Positions 1 through 7,064 are shown, counted from the first letter of the stretch. The stretch: 10,413 bases of DNA from Candidatus Micrarchaeota archaeon (GCA_003660975.1 QMVG01000016.1:1-10413); one strand, 5' to 3'. A program made the numbers and translations. Notes: a model not told the origin generated them from the letters alone.

Positions 1-57
1 AAATTCAAAATAAAAGATCTTTATCCTTCTCCTTGGAGTGATGGAAAGTGGGATTAA
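1..57 (+). CDS. 3' end of an upstream gene (partial); tail weakly resembles a cytidine deaminase C-terminus
   Basis: Frame 1 is open from the window edge: KFKIKDLYPSPWSDGKWD, with TAA at 55-57 and one base before the ATG at 59, an operon-like spacing. The 'IKDLYP' tail recalls the 'l.eLLP' end of cytidine deaminases, but 18 aa is too little to be sure. Confidence 0.5.
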   Translation, partial: KFKIKDLYPSPWSDGKWD

Positions 58-58
58 T

Positions 59-625
59 ATGGAATTCAGACTTATTTCTGGAAAAGATTTGAGAAATGTG
101 TGGAAACTTCAAAAAGAATATGTGGACGAAAAAACCAAATTAAAAGAAATAAAAGAACTTTACTTAAAATATCCAAAATTATTTGTTGGTTGTTATATTA
201 AAAATAAATTAATTGGTATTTGTATTCCAGGGATTTTTGATAAAGAGATATATGTCAAAGGGATTGCAGTGGAACATAATTATTGGAAGAAAGGAATAGG
301 AAGTAGATTATTAAAACTCTTTGAGAAACAACTAAAAAGCCTAGGTAAAAAGAAGGTAACTGTTCCTTCTGCAGATATTGATTGGGTTGAAGGATTTTAT
401 TTGAAAAATAGATATAAACCCATTCAGTTCTTAATAAAAGTAAAAAGGGAAAAGCTTTCAAAAGATTATAAAAATAAAGGATATAAAATCCTAAATGAAA
501 GAGCAGAAGGAAAATACAAAATATTTTATATAAACATAGGAAAGTATGATCCAAAATTAAGAGAAAGACTAAAGATATTATTTAATGCTGATGAAGTAAT
601 TTACATAATGGAAAAGAAGTTATAA
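59..625 (+). CDS. GNAT family N-acetyltransferase with extra C-terminal segment
   Basis: Acetyl-CoA binding motif A 'IAVEHNYWKKGIGSRLL' and downstream 'EGFYLKNRY' are GNAT hallmarks. Start placed at ATG 59, just after the upstream stop, rather than GTG 38 or ATG 41, which lie inside the upstream ORF. Confidence 0.85.
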   Translation: MEFRLISGKDLRNVWKLQKEYVDEKTKLKEIKELYLKYPKLFVGCYIKNKLIGICIPGIFDKEIYVKGIAVEHNYWKKGIGSRLLKLFEKQLKSLGKKKVTVPSADIDWVEGFYLKNRYKPIQFLIKVKREKLSKDYKNKGYKILNERAEGKYKIFYINIGKYDPKLRERLKILFNADEVIYIMEKKL

Positions 626-644
626 AATGTTCCTCCCACCAGAA

Positions 645-760
645 CTCCTGCAACTCTGCGCAAAGTCAAAGATTTTGCTTCCTCACTTCATTCGGTCGTT
701 GAACACCAAATATACATCCGCAACCAAAAATTGCGTGAAATACATGCTATGTCTAATCGC
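645..760. repeat. Degenerate GC-richer intergenic element, copy 1 (attC/REP-like)
   Basis: Shares ordered blocks with 1370-1456: TGCAACTCTGCGC (649-661), CTCAC (682-686), TTCGGTC (691-697), ATGCTATGTCTAA (744-756). Local hairpins: GCAAAGTC-AAA-GATTTTGC (660-678) and CGCAA-N7-TTGCG (719-735). Confidence 0.45.
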
Positions 761-776
761 TCGGCAGCACAACAAA

Positions 777-784
777 TTTTTATA
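777..784 (+). promoter_or_regulatory. Putative archaeal TATA box for a leaderless alkD-like transcript
   Basis: TTTTTATA preceded by A-rich CAACAAA, ending 23 nt before ATG 808, with no Shine-Dalgarno motif. Confidence 0.5.
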
Positions 785-807
785 GAACAAAACCTTCGCT
801 TAATATT

Positions 808-1365
808 ATGGAACAATTAACTGAGATAAGAAGATTCTTGGAAAGAGAATCAAACGATAAAGCAAAAGAAAGTTGGAGAAAATTTGTTCCAACTTCAGAA
901 AAAGTTTATGGTGTTTATCTTGCTGAAATAAATAAAATTGTTCCAAAATATGTCTCTGGTGGTTTTAAGCTTGTCGAAGAACTATGGGAGAGCGGTTACT
1001 TAGAAGAAAGAATTTTGGCCGCAAAAATCTTGGGAAAGATTTGTAAAAAAGACCCAGAAAAAACTTTAGACTTGATAAAAAAATTTGTTGATGACATTGT
1101 AGATTGGGCAATATGTGATACTTTAGCAACACAGGGAATAAGACCAATAGCAAAGATAAAGCAAAAAGAAATCTTTGAACTTTCAAGAAAATTAGTGAAA
1201 TCTGAAAGTTTATGGAAAAGAAGGTTTGGAATTGTTTTGTTAATTAACTTCAAAAAAGAAAAATCATTAAGAAAAGAAATTGAGTCAATTATTAAGCAAG
1301 CAGAAAATGATAAAGAATATTATGTGAAAAAAGCAATAGATTGGATAAAAAGAAGTTTGAAGTAG
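808..1365 (+). CDS. DNA alkylation repair protein (AlkD-like, HEAT-like repeat fold)
   Basis: 185 aa with AlkD-family motifs 'VYGV', 'LWESGYLEERILA', 'DWAICDTLA', 'SLWKRRFGIV' and 'DKEYYVKKAIDW'. Confidence 0.85.
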   Translation: MEQLTEIRRFLERESNDKAKESWRKFVPTSEKVYGVYLAEINKIVPKYVSGGFKLVEELWESGYLEERILAAKILGKICKKDPEKTLDLIKKFVDDIVDWAICDTLATQGIRPIAKIKQKEIFELSRKLVKSESLWKRRFGIVLLINFKKEKSLRKEIESIIKQAENDKEYYVKKAIDWIKRSLK

Positions 1366-1369
1366 TGCC

Positions 1370-1456
1370 GCCTTGCGACTCTCCGCTCACATTCGTTCGC
1401 TTCGGTCCTGACAGCTTCGCTCGAACTTCGCATATTTGTGATATGTTATGCTAACA
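1370..1456. repeat. Degenerate GC-richer intergenic element, copy 2 (attC/REP-like)
   Basis: TGCGACTCTCCGC (1374-1386) matches copy 1 at 11/13. Also CTCAC, TTCGGTC (1401-1407), repeated TTCG/CTTCGC units, a CATAT-N5-ATATG hairpin (1431-1445) and GTTATGC (1445-1451), which resembles an attC R' core. Confidence 0.5.
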
Positions 1457-1474
1457 ATCAGTTAACAGAGGCCT

Positions 1475-1495
1475 TTTTACATTACTGTTTTATAT
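1475..1495 (+). promoter_or_regulatory. Putative promoter (TATA-containing) for the DedA gene
   Basis: TTTTACATTACTGTTTTATAT, 19/21 identical to 7023-7043 upstream of scpA. An SD-like AGGTGG at 1518-1523 precedes TTG 1528. Confidence 0.45.
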
Positions 1496-1527
1496 TTTAA
1501 TTGCCACAAGATTAGCAAGGTGGTAGA

Positions 1528-2010
1528 TTGCAGGACTTTTTTGTAGGTCTAATACTTTATTGGAATTACATTGGTGTTTTTCTAGCAGGCTTTTTCAGTA
1601 CAGTGCTTCCAGTGCCCCTACCAAGCCCCACTTTTATTTTGGCCTTCTTTGCTGGAAAGATTTTGAACCCTCTCTTTGTGGCGTTTGCAGGTGGTTTTGG
1701 TGCAGCAATAGGAGAATGTATCGGCTATTACACAGGAGCTTTAGGCAAGCATTTTTTGGTGAAAAAATACCCAGAGAGATTAAGGGAGATAGAGGAGCGT
1801 TTTGAGAGGTACAGGGCTGAGCTGATAATTTTTATTTTCGCAGCAACGCCTCTGCCTTTTGACGTGGTCGGTGTTTTTTCTGGCAGCATTGGCTATCCCT
1901 TTCATAAGTTTTTCTTTGCCAATTTATTTGGCAAGCTGGTAAAATACGGCATACTCGCCTATGCAGGCTTTTACGGCCTGTCCTGGATTTCAGAACTTTT
2001 TAGCTCTTAG
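1528..2010 (+). CDS. DedA/VTT (SNARE-associated Golgi protein, YqaA-like) membrane protein
   Basis: Hydrophobic 160 aa with 'PVPLPS', 'GGFGAAIGECIGYYTG', 'FAATPLPFDVVGVFSG' and 'FFFANLFGKLVKY' motifs typical of DedA/VTT proteins. TTG start with AGGTGG SD. Confidence 0.85.
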   Translation: MQDFFVGLILYWNYIGVFLAGFFSTVLPVPLPSPTFILAFFAGKILNPLFVAFAGGFGAAIGECIGYYTGALGKHFLVKKYPERLREIEERFERYRAELIIFIFAATPLPFDVVGVFSGSIGYPFHKFFFANLFGKLVKYGILAYAGFYGLSWISELFSS

Positions 2011-3880
2011 AGCTCCAGAACTTTCTAACGGTTTTTTTGAAGTTGCTTGTTTCCTTCATTTCATACTCTTCAGGGATTAGCCTTTTGTATTTGCTCCACG
2101 CAAACCTTTCATCCATGAACACTATTAGGCCCTTGTCAGTTTCGCTCCTTATGCACCTGCCTGCCGCCTGCACTGCCTTGTTCATCGCTGGAAATATGTA
2201 ACCATAGTCCCAGCCCTTGCCGTATTTGAAGTCATAGTATCTTATCAATGCCTTTGTCTCAATATCTGGTTCGCCCAAAGGGATGCCAACAACCACAACA
2301 GCCAGCAGGGACTTGCCAGGCAGGTCAATTCCCTCTGCCAGGCTTCCCCCAGAAACAGCAAATATCACTGCTCCCCTTTCCTTTTCAGCTTGGAAGCTTT
2401 CAAGCATTTCCTTCACACTTTCTGCCTTCATGCCTTCCTGTTGCGTGAACATCCTCTTTTTAATTTTATTTCCAATATACCTTAAAACCTCACCCATAAC
2501 TTTATACGAGGGAAAGAATACAGCTGAATTTCCAGGGACGTTGTTTACTATATCTCTTATATGCTCAGCCATTCTCTTGTACTCGCTCTCTGTTCTTCTT
2601 TCGTATTTTGTAGATATGCTTTTGTCTATCAAGACCAAACGGTTCTTTTTTGGGAAAGGCGATTTGTACTCCTTTATTACTGTCCTATCTGCGTCCAGTC
2701 CGAGCATGTCCCTATACATGCTGCCGGGCTTTAGCGTTGCACTCATCAGCACTGTTGAATGCGCCCTGTTTAAAGGTTCAGAGCTGATGACTGATGGGTC
2801 AAGGCATTTGAAGTCAATTTTCAATCCCCTCTCAGTTTTCCTCATCAAACGCAGGAAAGAGATGTCTTCCTCCTCCCACATAGAGAAAAACCTCTTCATT
2901 CTAAGCAGGTAAGACCTGTGCCTATTGCTTTTTTCTAAAAACTCAAGACCGCTTTCTTCCATGTCTAGCAAGAAATCACGCATGGATGGAAGCTCTTCCT
3001 TGTATACTATTGCTTCATCTCCTTCTTCATAGTCCATTCTGTCTTCTAATTTCTCTATGAAGGGGATTACTGCTTCGATGTGCTTGGCAAGCACTTTGTT
3101 TTTTATGCTTCTGGCCTCTTCAGCAGCTTTTAATACAACTCTCTTATCCAATGATGAGCTTAAGGCAGCTCTCAGACGTTCAGGGCTATTGTGCGCCTCA
3201 TCTATGATGAGGATGGAATCTTCTAGTTCTTTTTCAATCCTGTCAAGGAAAGATGAGGCAATATATGGGTTTAGCACATGGTAGTAATCGCATATAAGCA
3301 CATCTGCCCTCTTTGCAATCTCAAGACTCACTTCGTACGGGCATGGTCCTTTTATGCCATAGGATTCCCCATAACTCAGGCAATGCCTCTTTACTGCTGT
3401 GCAGCTTCTTCCAGCCCCATACCACCTTAGTATCTCATCCAGCCTGGCTTTTGCCTCACTCCTTTGCTTAACGTTGTAGCCCCTCGCAATTATATAATGA
3501 GGGCATTCGTGGTTTTTCACCTTCTTTTTGCACAATTCGTAGAAATCATTCACTTCTTTGTCCATAACTTCCTCATTTATGCACAGGTGACTTTTTCCAA
3601 CAAGGTCAACAGCTCTTATATCCAGATCAAATTTTTGCCTTAGGTCTTTTACCACTGACATCGCAATTAAGTGCTGAGAGATTTTGGGTGTCATGAAAAA
3701 TACATTGAGGTTGTTTTCGATTGCATAGCTGATCGCAGGAGAGAGCGAAGCATCTGTCTTACCACAGCCAGTGGGAGCATGTATGATAATGTGTTTTGAC
3801 TCAACAAAAGCAGAGTATATATCTTTCATCATTTCTTTTTGCACTGCCCTAACTTTTTCGTGCCTGAAAAAAATACGCAT
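2000..3880 (-). CDS. xpd: ATP-dependent DNA helicase, XPD/Rad3/DinG family (4Fe-4S)
   Basis: Q motif 'RAVQ', Walker A 'APTGCGKT', Fe-S cysteines (HLC, ELC, HECP, CPYE), 'IIDEAHN', motif III 'MSATL', motif V 'GSLAEGIDLPG', motif VI 'QAAGRCIRSETD'. Its 3' end overlaps the DedA gene by 11 nt. Confidence 0.92.
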   Translation of the reverse strand: MRIFFRHEKVRAVQKEMMKDIYSAFVESKHIIIHAPTGCGKTDASLSPAISYAIENNLNVFFMTPKISQHLIAMSVVKDLRQKFDLDIRAVDLVGKSHLCINEEVMDKEVNDFYELCKKKVKNHECPHYIIARGYNVKQRSEAKARLDEILRWYGAGRSCTAVKRHCLSYGESYGIKGPCPYEVSLEIAKRADVLICDYYHVLNPYIASSFLDRIEKELEDSILIIDEAHNSPERLRAALSSSLDKRVVLKAAEEARSIKNKVLAKHIEAVIPFIEKLEDRMDYEEGDEAIVYKEELPSMRDFLLDMEESGLEFLEKSNRHRSYLLRMKRFFSMWEEEDISFLRLMRKTERGLKIDFKCLDPSVISSEPLNRAHSTVLMSATLKPGSMYRDMLGLDADRTVIKEYKSPFPKKNRLVLIDKSISTKYERRTESEYKRMAEHIRDIVNNVPGNSAVFFPSYKVMGEVLRYIGNKIKKRMFTQQEGMKAESVKEMLESFQAEKERGAVIFAVSGGSLAEGIDLPGKSLLAVVVVGIPLGEPDIETKALIRYYDFKYGKGWDYGYIFPAMNKAVQAAGRCIRSETDKGLIVFMDERFAWSKYKRLIPEEYEMKETSNFKKTVRKFWSSKS

Positions 3881-3902
3881 AATCTATTATCTAAAAGCAG
3901 AC

Positions 3903-3910
3903 TTTTAATA
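3903..3910 (-). promoter_or_regulatory. Putative TATA box for a leaderless xpd transcript
   Basis: Minus strand reads GCAAAGA-TATTAAAA (purine-rich BRE-like element plus TATA), ending 22 nt before the ATG at 3880. Confidence 0.45.
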
Positions 3911-3934
3911 TCTTTGCTATGCCTGTCGCGTGTC

Positions 3935-4093
3935 TCACACCTTAACCAAGAAGCCATTCTTGTCTTTTTTGAACCTATGCATGTGGTTTTTAGTGCATTG
4001 GTAATATTCGCCGTCTTTCTTTAGAGGCACGCTGAAGCCGTACATAGCAAAGCATGTAGGGCATATGTCTTTAGGTTTAGCAGTAGCTCCCAT
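3935..4093 (-). CDS. Small CPxC-type zinc-ribbon protein (52 aa), not in the ORF track
   Basis: ATG at 4093 to TGA at 3937-3935 gives MGATAKPKDICPTCFAMYGFSVPLKKDGEYYQCTKNHMHRFKKDKNGFLVKV, with CPTC followed by C-x3-H-x-H. It fills the xpd-rbcL gap on the same strand and has its own TATA-like box. Confidence 0.8.
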   Translation of the reverse strand: MGATAKPKDICPTCFAMYGFSVPLKKDGEYYQCTKNHMHRFKKDKNGFLVKV

Positions 4094-4115
4094 GCTATTA
4101 TTTTATGTTAAGAAG

Positions 4116-4123
4116 TATTTAAA
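4116..4123 (-). promoter_or_regulatory. Putative TATA box for the zinc-ribbon microprotein
   Basis: Minus strand TTTAAATA matches the archaeal TATA consensus and ends 22 nt before ATG 4093, right next to the RuBisCO stop codon. Confidence 0.55.
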
Positions 4124-4124
4124 T

Positions 4125-5372
4125 TTACCATTTTACAGATGACCACTTACGAATTGCTTTTCTCAGCTCTTCGTGGCTTTTAGCATAATCCCTAAGGTCT
4201 TTTCCCTCCATGGCTGCATTTATTGCCTGCCTCATTGCCCTGGCTCCAGATACTGTGCCATCTGGGTGGCCGTGGATGCCTCCACCTGCCTGAATTACTA
4301 TATCTTTCCCAAGCATCTTCATCAACTTTGGAACTAGAACTGGGTGGACTCCACCAGAGCTGACAGGGAATACTGGCTTTATCTTCCCCCACGACATTTT
4401 CATTTCATTCCTACCATCTGTCTTCCCTGTTATGCCTTCTTTTATCCTGACCACCTCACTTCTTTTTCCCTCTAATTTGCCAAATACTGTGCCTATGTGG
4501 ATTTGGTCTACTCCTATAAGTCTTGCCGCCTTTGCCAGCACCAGCATAGAAATGCCATGGTTCTCATTTCTCGTCATAGCAGCATGCATTGCCCTATGTG
4601 CGTGTATTATAAGAGAAGAGTGCTTTCTGACCGTCTGGAGAGCAGCCCAGCCAACAGTTATTATGTCCACCATCACATATTTTCCACCCATTGACTTTAC
4701 CTCATCCATGCGTTCAAGCATCAATTCAGTTTCAGCGCTTATATTTGGCAGGTAGGCTTTCTTTTCCCCTGTTTCTTCCTCTGCCTTTTCCACAGCCTCA
4801 AGGCTGAGCGTCAGCCTATTGCTGAATTTGTTAAAGCTTTGGTTTGTTAGGTTTTCATCGTCTTTTACTATATCACAACCACCTAATAAGGCCTCATAAA
4901 CAACTTTCGCGTGCTCTTTTGACGAAAGGCCCAGCTTTGGTTTTACAATGGTTCCCAAAATAGGTCTCTTTCCTACACCTAATTTTTTTCTAACCCCTTC
5001 AATTCCATATCTTGGTCCTTGGTATCGTTTTACTATTTTTGAGGAAAATTTCACATCTTCCAAGCGTATGCTTTCAACAACCTTCATTCCCAGTATGTTT
5101 CCAGCAATTGAGCTGAATATTTGGGGAATGTTGGATGCCTCAAACAAGTCATAGGGATATGCAATCCAGCTGTAATCTCCCTTGATTTTGAACACTCTTG
5201 CTTTTATTCTCTCTGCCCTTGTATTTTTCGTTTTTACATCCGTCCACGTTCCTGTTGATGATTCCAGAGCAATATTTTTAGCAGCTTCTTTCCTACTCTT
5301 TTTTGTTTTATATTTGAATAAGCAGACAAGGTCTGTCTTCTTTGGCTTATACGAAAAATCAACATAATCCAT
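4125..5372 (-). CDS. rbcL: Ribulose-1,5-bisphosphate carboxylase/oxygenase large subunit, archaeal form III
   Basis: Catalytic motifs present: 'ESSTGTW', 'AGNILG', 'KPKLGL', 'DIVKDDENL' (carbamylated Lys plus Mg ligands), 'HAHRAMH', 'HIGTVFGKLEG' (loop 6), 'SSGG', 'QAGGGIHGHPDG'. 415 aa, no small subunit gene nearby. Confidence 0.95.
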   Translation of the reverse strand: MDYVDFSYKPKKTDLVCLFKYKTKKSRKEAAKNIALESSTGTWTDVKTKNTRAERIKARVFKIKGDYSWIAYPYDLFEASNIPQIFSSIAGNILGMKVVESIRLEDVKFSSKIVKRYQGPRYGIEGVRKKLGVGKRPILGTIVKPKLGLSSKEHAKVVYEALLGGCDIVKDDENLTNQSFNKFSNRLTLSLEAVEKAEEETGEKKAYLPNISAETELMLERMDEVKSMGGKYVMVDIITVGWAALQTVRKHSSLIIHAHRAMHAAMTRNENHGISMLVLAKAARLIGVDQIHIGTVFGKLEGKRSEVVRIKEGITGKTDGRNEMKMSWGKIKPVFPVSSGGVHPVLVPKLMKMLGKDIVIQAGGGIHGHPDGTVSGARAMRQAINAAMEGKDLRDYAKSHEELRKAIRKWSSVKW

Positions 5373-5433
5373 AGTTCTCTAATAATCACGTTAGCTTTAA
5401 AAATGTTGTCATGTTCTATTAAAAAGGATAAGT
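5373..5433. promoter_or_regulatory. Divergent promoter region between rbcL and the KaiC-like gene
   Basis: 61-bp spacer with central TTTAAAAA (5396-5403), which reads TTTTTAAA on the minus strand. It lies 23 nt from the rbcL ATG and 30 nt from the KaiC-like ATG. Confidence 0.5.
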
Positions 5434-6141
5434 ATGGATAGAGATAGAATAGCCAGCGCTATTCCTGGTCTTGATGAGCTTATCCAGGGTGGATTCTTGG
5501 AAGGTTCAAGCATACTGCTTTCAGGAGGCGCAGGAACAGGCAAGACCATATTTGCAATGCAGTTCATCTATAATGGGGCAAAGGATTATGGGGACCCAGG
5601 ACTTTACATTACCCTGGAAGAAGGCCCAACAAACGTCTGGTGGAATATGAAAAGTTTTAAGTGGAACATATCAAAGTATGAAAAATTGATAAGGCTTTAC
5701 AGGATAGGGACCATAGAACCAAAAGACTTTGCAAAGAATTTCAATGTAGAGGTGGAGAAGATTAAGCGGATGGTAAATGAAATGAATGTTAAGAGGCTTG
5801 TTATTGACTCCACAACTGCATTTGCAATGTGGATGTCTTCTCCACAGCAGCTGAGATATTCACTATTCAAGCTGGCTGATGAACTGAAAGACCTCAAATG
5901 CACCTCAATACTTATCTCTGAGACCGTTGGCGGTAGAGACAATTTCTCAAGGTTCGGTGTTGAGGAATTTGTAACAGACGGAATAATCAGGTTATACTTT
6001 ATGCCTCCTCAGAGGGCAATATTCATAAGAAAAATGAGGGGAACAAAACACAACCAAAGAGTGCATCCGTTTACGATAACCGATAAAGGGATTGTTGTAA
6101 ACCCGAAAGAGGAAATACTGTGGGAAAGCTTAAGAAAGTAA
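5434..6141 (+). CDS. KaiC-like RecA-superfamily ATPase (single domain, RAD55/KaiC family)
   Basis: 'IPGLDELIQGG', Walker A 'GGAGTGKT', catalytic 'TLEE', Walker B 'LVIDS', 'SRFGVEEFVTDGII', arginine-finger region 'KMRGTKH' and 'PFTITDKGI'. Confidence 0.9.
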   Translation: MDRDRIASAIPGLDELIQGGFLEGSSILLSGGAGTGKTIFAMQFIYNGAKDYGDPGLYITLEEGPTNVWWNMKSFKWNISKYEKLIRLYRIGTIEPKDFAKNFNVEVEKIKRMVNEMNVKRLVIDSTTAFAMWMSSPQQLRYSLFKLADELKDLKCTSILISETVGGRDNFSRFGVEEFVTDGIIRLYFMPPQRAIFIRKMRGTKHNQRVHPFTITDKGIVVNPKEEILWESLRK

Positions 6142-7022
6142 AGGCATTTATTAGGCTTGTCAGGATAGAACATGCATTCTTCTTAGCTATTGCAGTGGCG
6201 GTTGGTGCAATAATCGCAGCTAAAGCAAACCCAGCTGTTGACTTTAGCATATTTGACACAGAAGGAAACATGCTTTATGTCCTTTATTTGCTCTTCATAG
6301 CAATGCTTTCCCCTTTCTTTATAGAAATGGCTTCCTTTGCCATAAACGATTACTGGGACATTGAGACAGACAAGGCAAATAAAAGAAAGGACAGGCCTTT
6401 GGTGACAGGAGAACTAAAAAAAGAAACAGCACTGGCAACTGCAATGCTCTTTTTTCCTTTAGGGATTGTTCTTGCTTTTTTCACTAACATTACGGCCTTT
6501 TTATTGGTGCTTCTCTTTGTTGTTCTGTCTTTTTACTATTCATATGAGTGGAAGAAAAAGCCAGTTATAGGCAACATAGTGATTGCTGCTTCTATGGCTG
6601 TCCCTTTTATCTTTGGTAATGTGGTTATTTACAATAAAATACAGCTCCCTGTTGTCATCTTGGCTTCCATGGCTTTCCTAATGGGGCTTGGGAGGGAAAT
6701 TTTTAAGAGCATCCAGGACATAGCAGGAGATAAGAAACAAGGCAGAAAAACACTGCCGATACTTATAGGAAAGAAGAACTCTGCCTATATTGGGAGCTTC
6801 CTAATTTTACTGGCCGTGCTTATATCCTTTTATCCTTTGTTTTTCATTGAGGACTATTTCGGTGACATCTATTACTTTTCCTTTGTTTTGATAACGGACA
6901 TACTTCTTGTCGCGAGCGTGGACAGCGCTTTAAAGCTTAAAGATTTTGCTGCAATCAGGGAACACACATTGAAGGCACAGTTAACAGGTTTGCTTGCTTT
7001 TCTTTTTGGCGTTTTATTTTAA
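6120..7022 (+). CDS. UbiA-family prenyltransferase, likely digeranylgeranylglyceryl phosphate (DGGGP) synthase
   Basis: Multiple TM segments with Asp-rich motifs 'NDYWDIETDKANKRKDRPLVTG' and 'REIFKSIQDIAGDKKQGRKTLP'. GTG start, preceded by GAGG, overlaps the KaiC-like gene by 22 nt. The UbiA family call is secure; DGGGPS specificity is inferred. Confidence 0.85.
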   Translation: MGKLKKVKAFIRLVRIEHAFFLAIAVAVGAIIAAKANPAVDFSIFDTEGNMLYVLYLLFIAMLSPFFIEMASFAINDYWDIETDKANKRKDRPLVTGELKKETALATAMLFFPLGIVLAFFTNITAFLLVLLFVVLSFYYSYEWKKKPVIGNIVIAASMAVPFIFGNVVIYNKIQLPVVILASMAFLMGLGREIFKSIQDIAGDKKQGRKTLPILIGKKNSAYIGSFLILLAVLISFYPLFFIEDYFGDIYYFSFVLITDILLVASVDSALKLKDFAAIREHTLKAQLTGLLAFLFGVLF

Positions 7023-7043
7023 TTTTGCATTACTTTTTTATAT
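7023..7043 (+). promoter_or_regulatory. Putative TATA promoter for scpAB (T-run may also act as terminator)
   Basis: TTTTGCATTACTTTTTTATAT ends 21 nt before ATG 7065 with no SD motif. Near-identical to 1475-1495. Confidence 0.5.
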
Positions 7044-7064
7044 GCTATATCCCTATTCATAGCG

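Noticed and set aside
38-58. GTG 38 or ATG 41 as the GNAT start, as in the ORF track
   Set aside because: Both lie within the upstream ORF ending at 57. ATG 59 gives a typical GNAT N-terminus (MEFRLI) and operon-like spacing.
1366-1460. GC-rich intergenic segment considered as a tRNA or other structured RNA gene
   Set aside because: No cloverleaf, acceptor stem or properly placed T-loop could be built. It is better explained as a repeat related to 645-760.
2283-2912. 209-aa plus-strand ORF, and the shorter ORFs at 2248 and 3057
   Set aside because: Antisense shadows of the xpd helicase, with no recognisable motifs.
3839-4024. 61-aa hydrophobic plus-strand ORF
   Set aside because: Overlaps the xpd start and is antisense to the better-supported zinc-ribbon ORF at 3935-4093.
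4192-5367. Several short ORFs within rbcL on both strands
   Set aside because: Off-frame or antisense to a highly conserved gene, with no independent coding signal.
5434-6141. Calling the ATPase a circadian KaiC, RadA/RadB or FlaH
   Set aside because: It has a single domain, no kaiA/kaiB, no CII phosphosites, no RadA N-terminal domain and no archaellum genes nearby. Only the KaiC-like family level is supportable.
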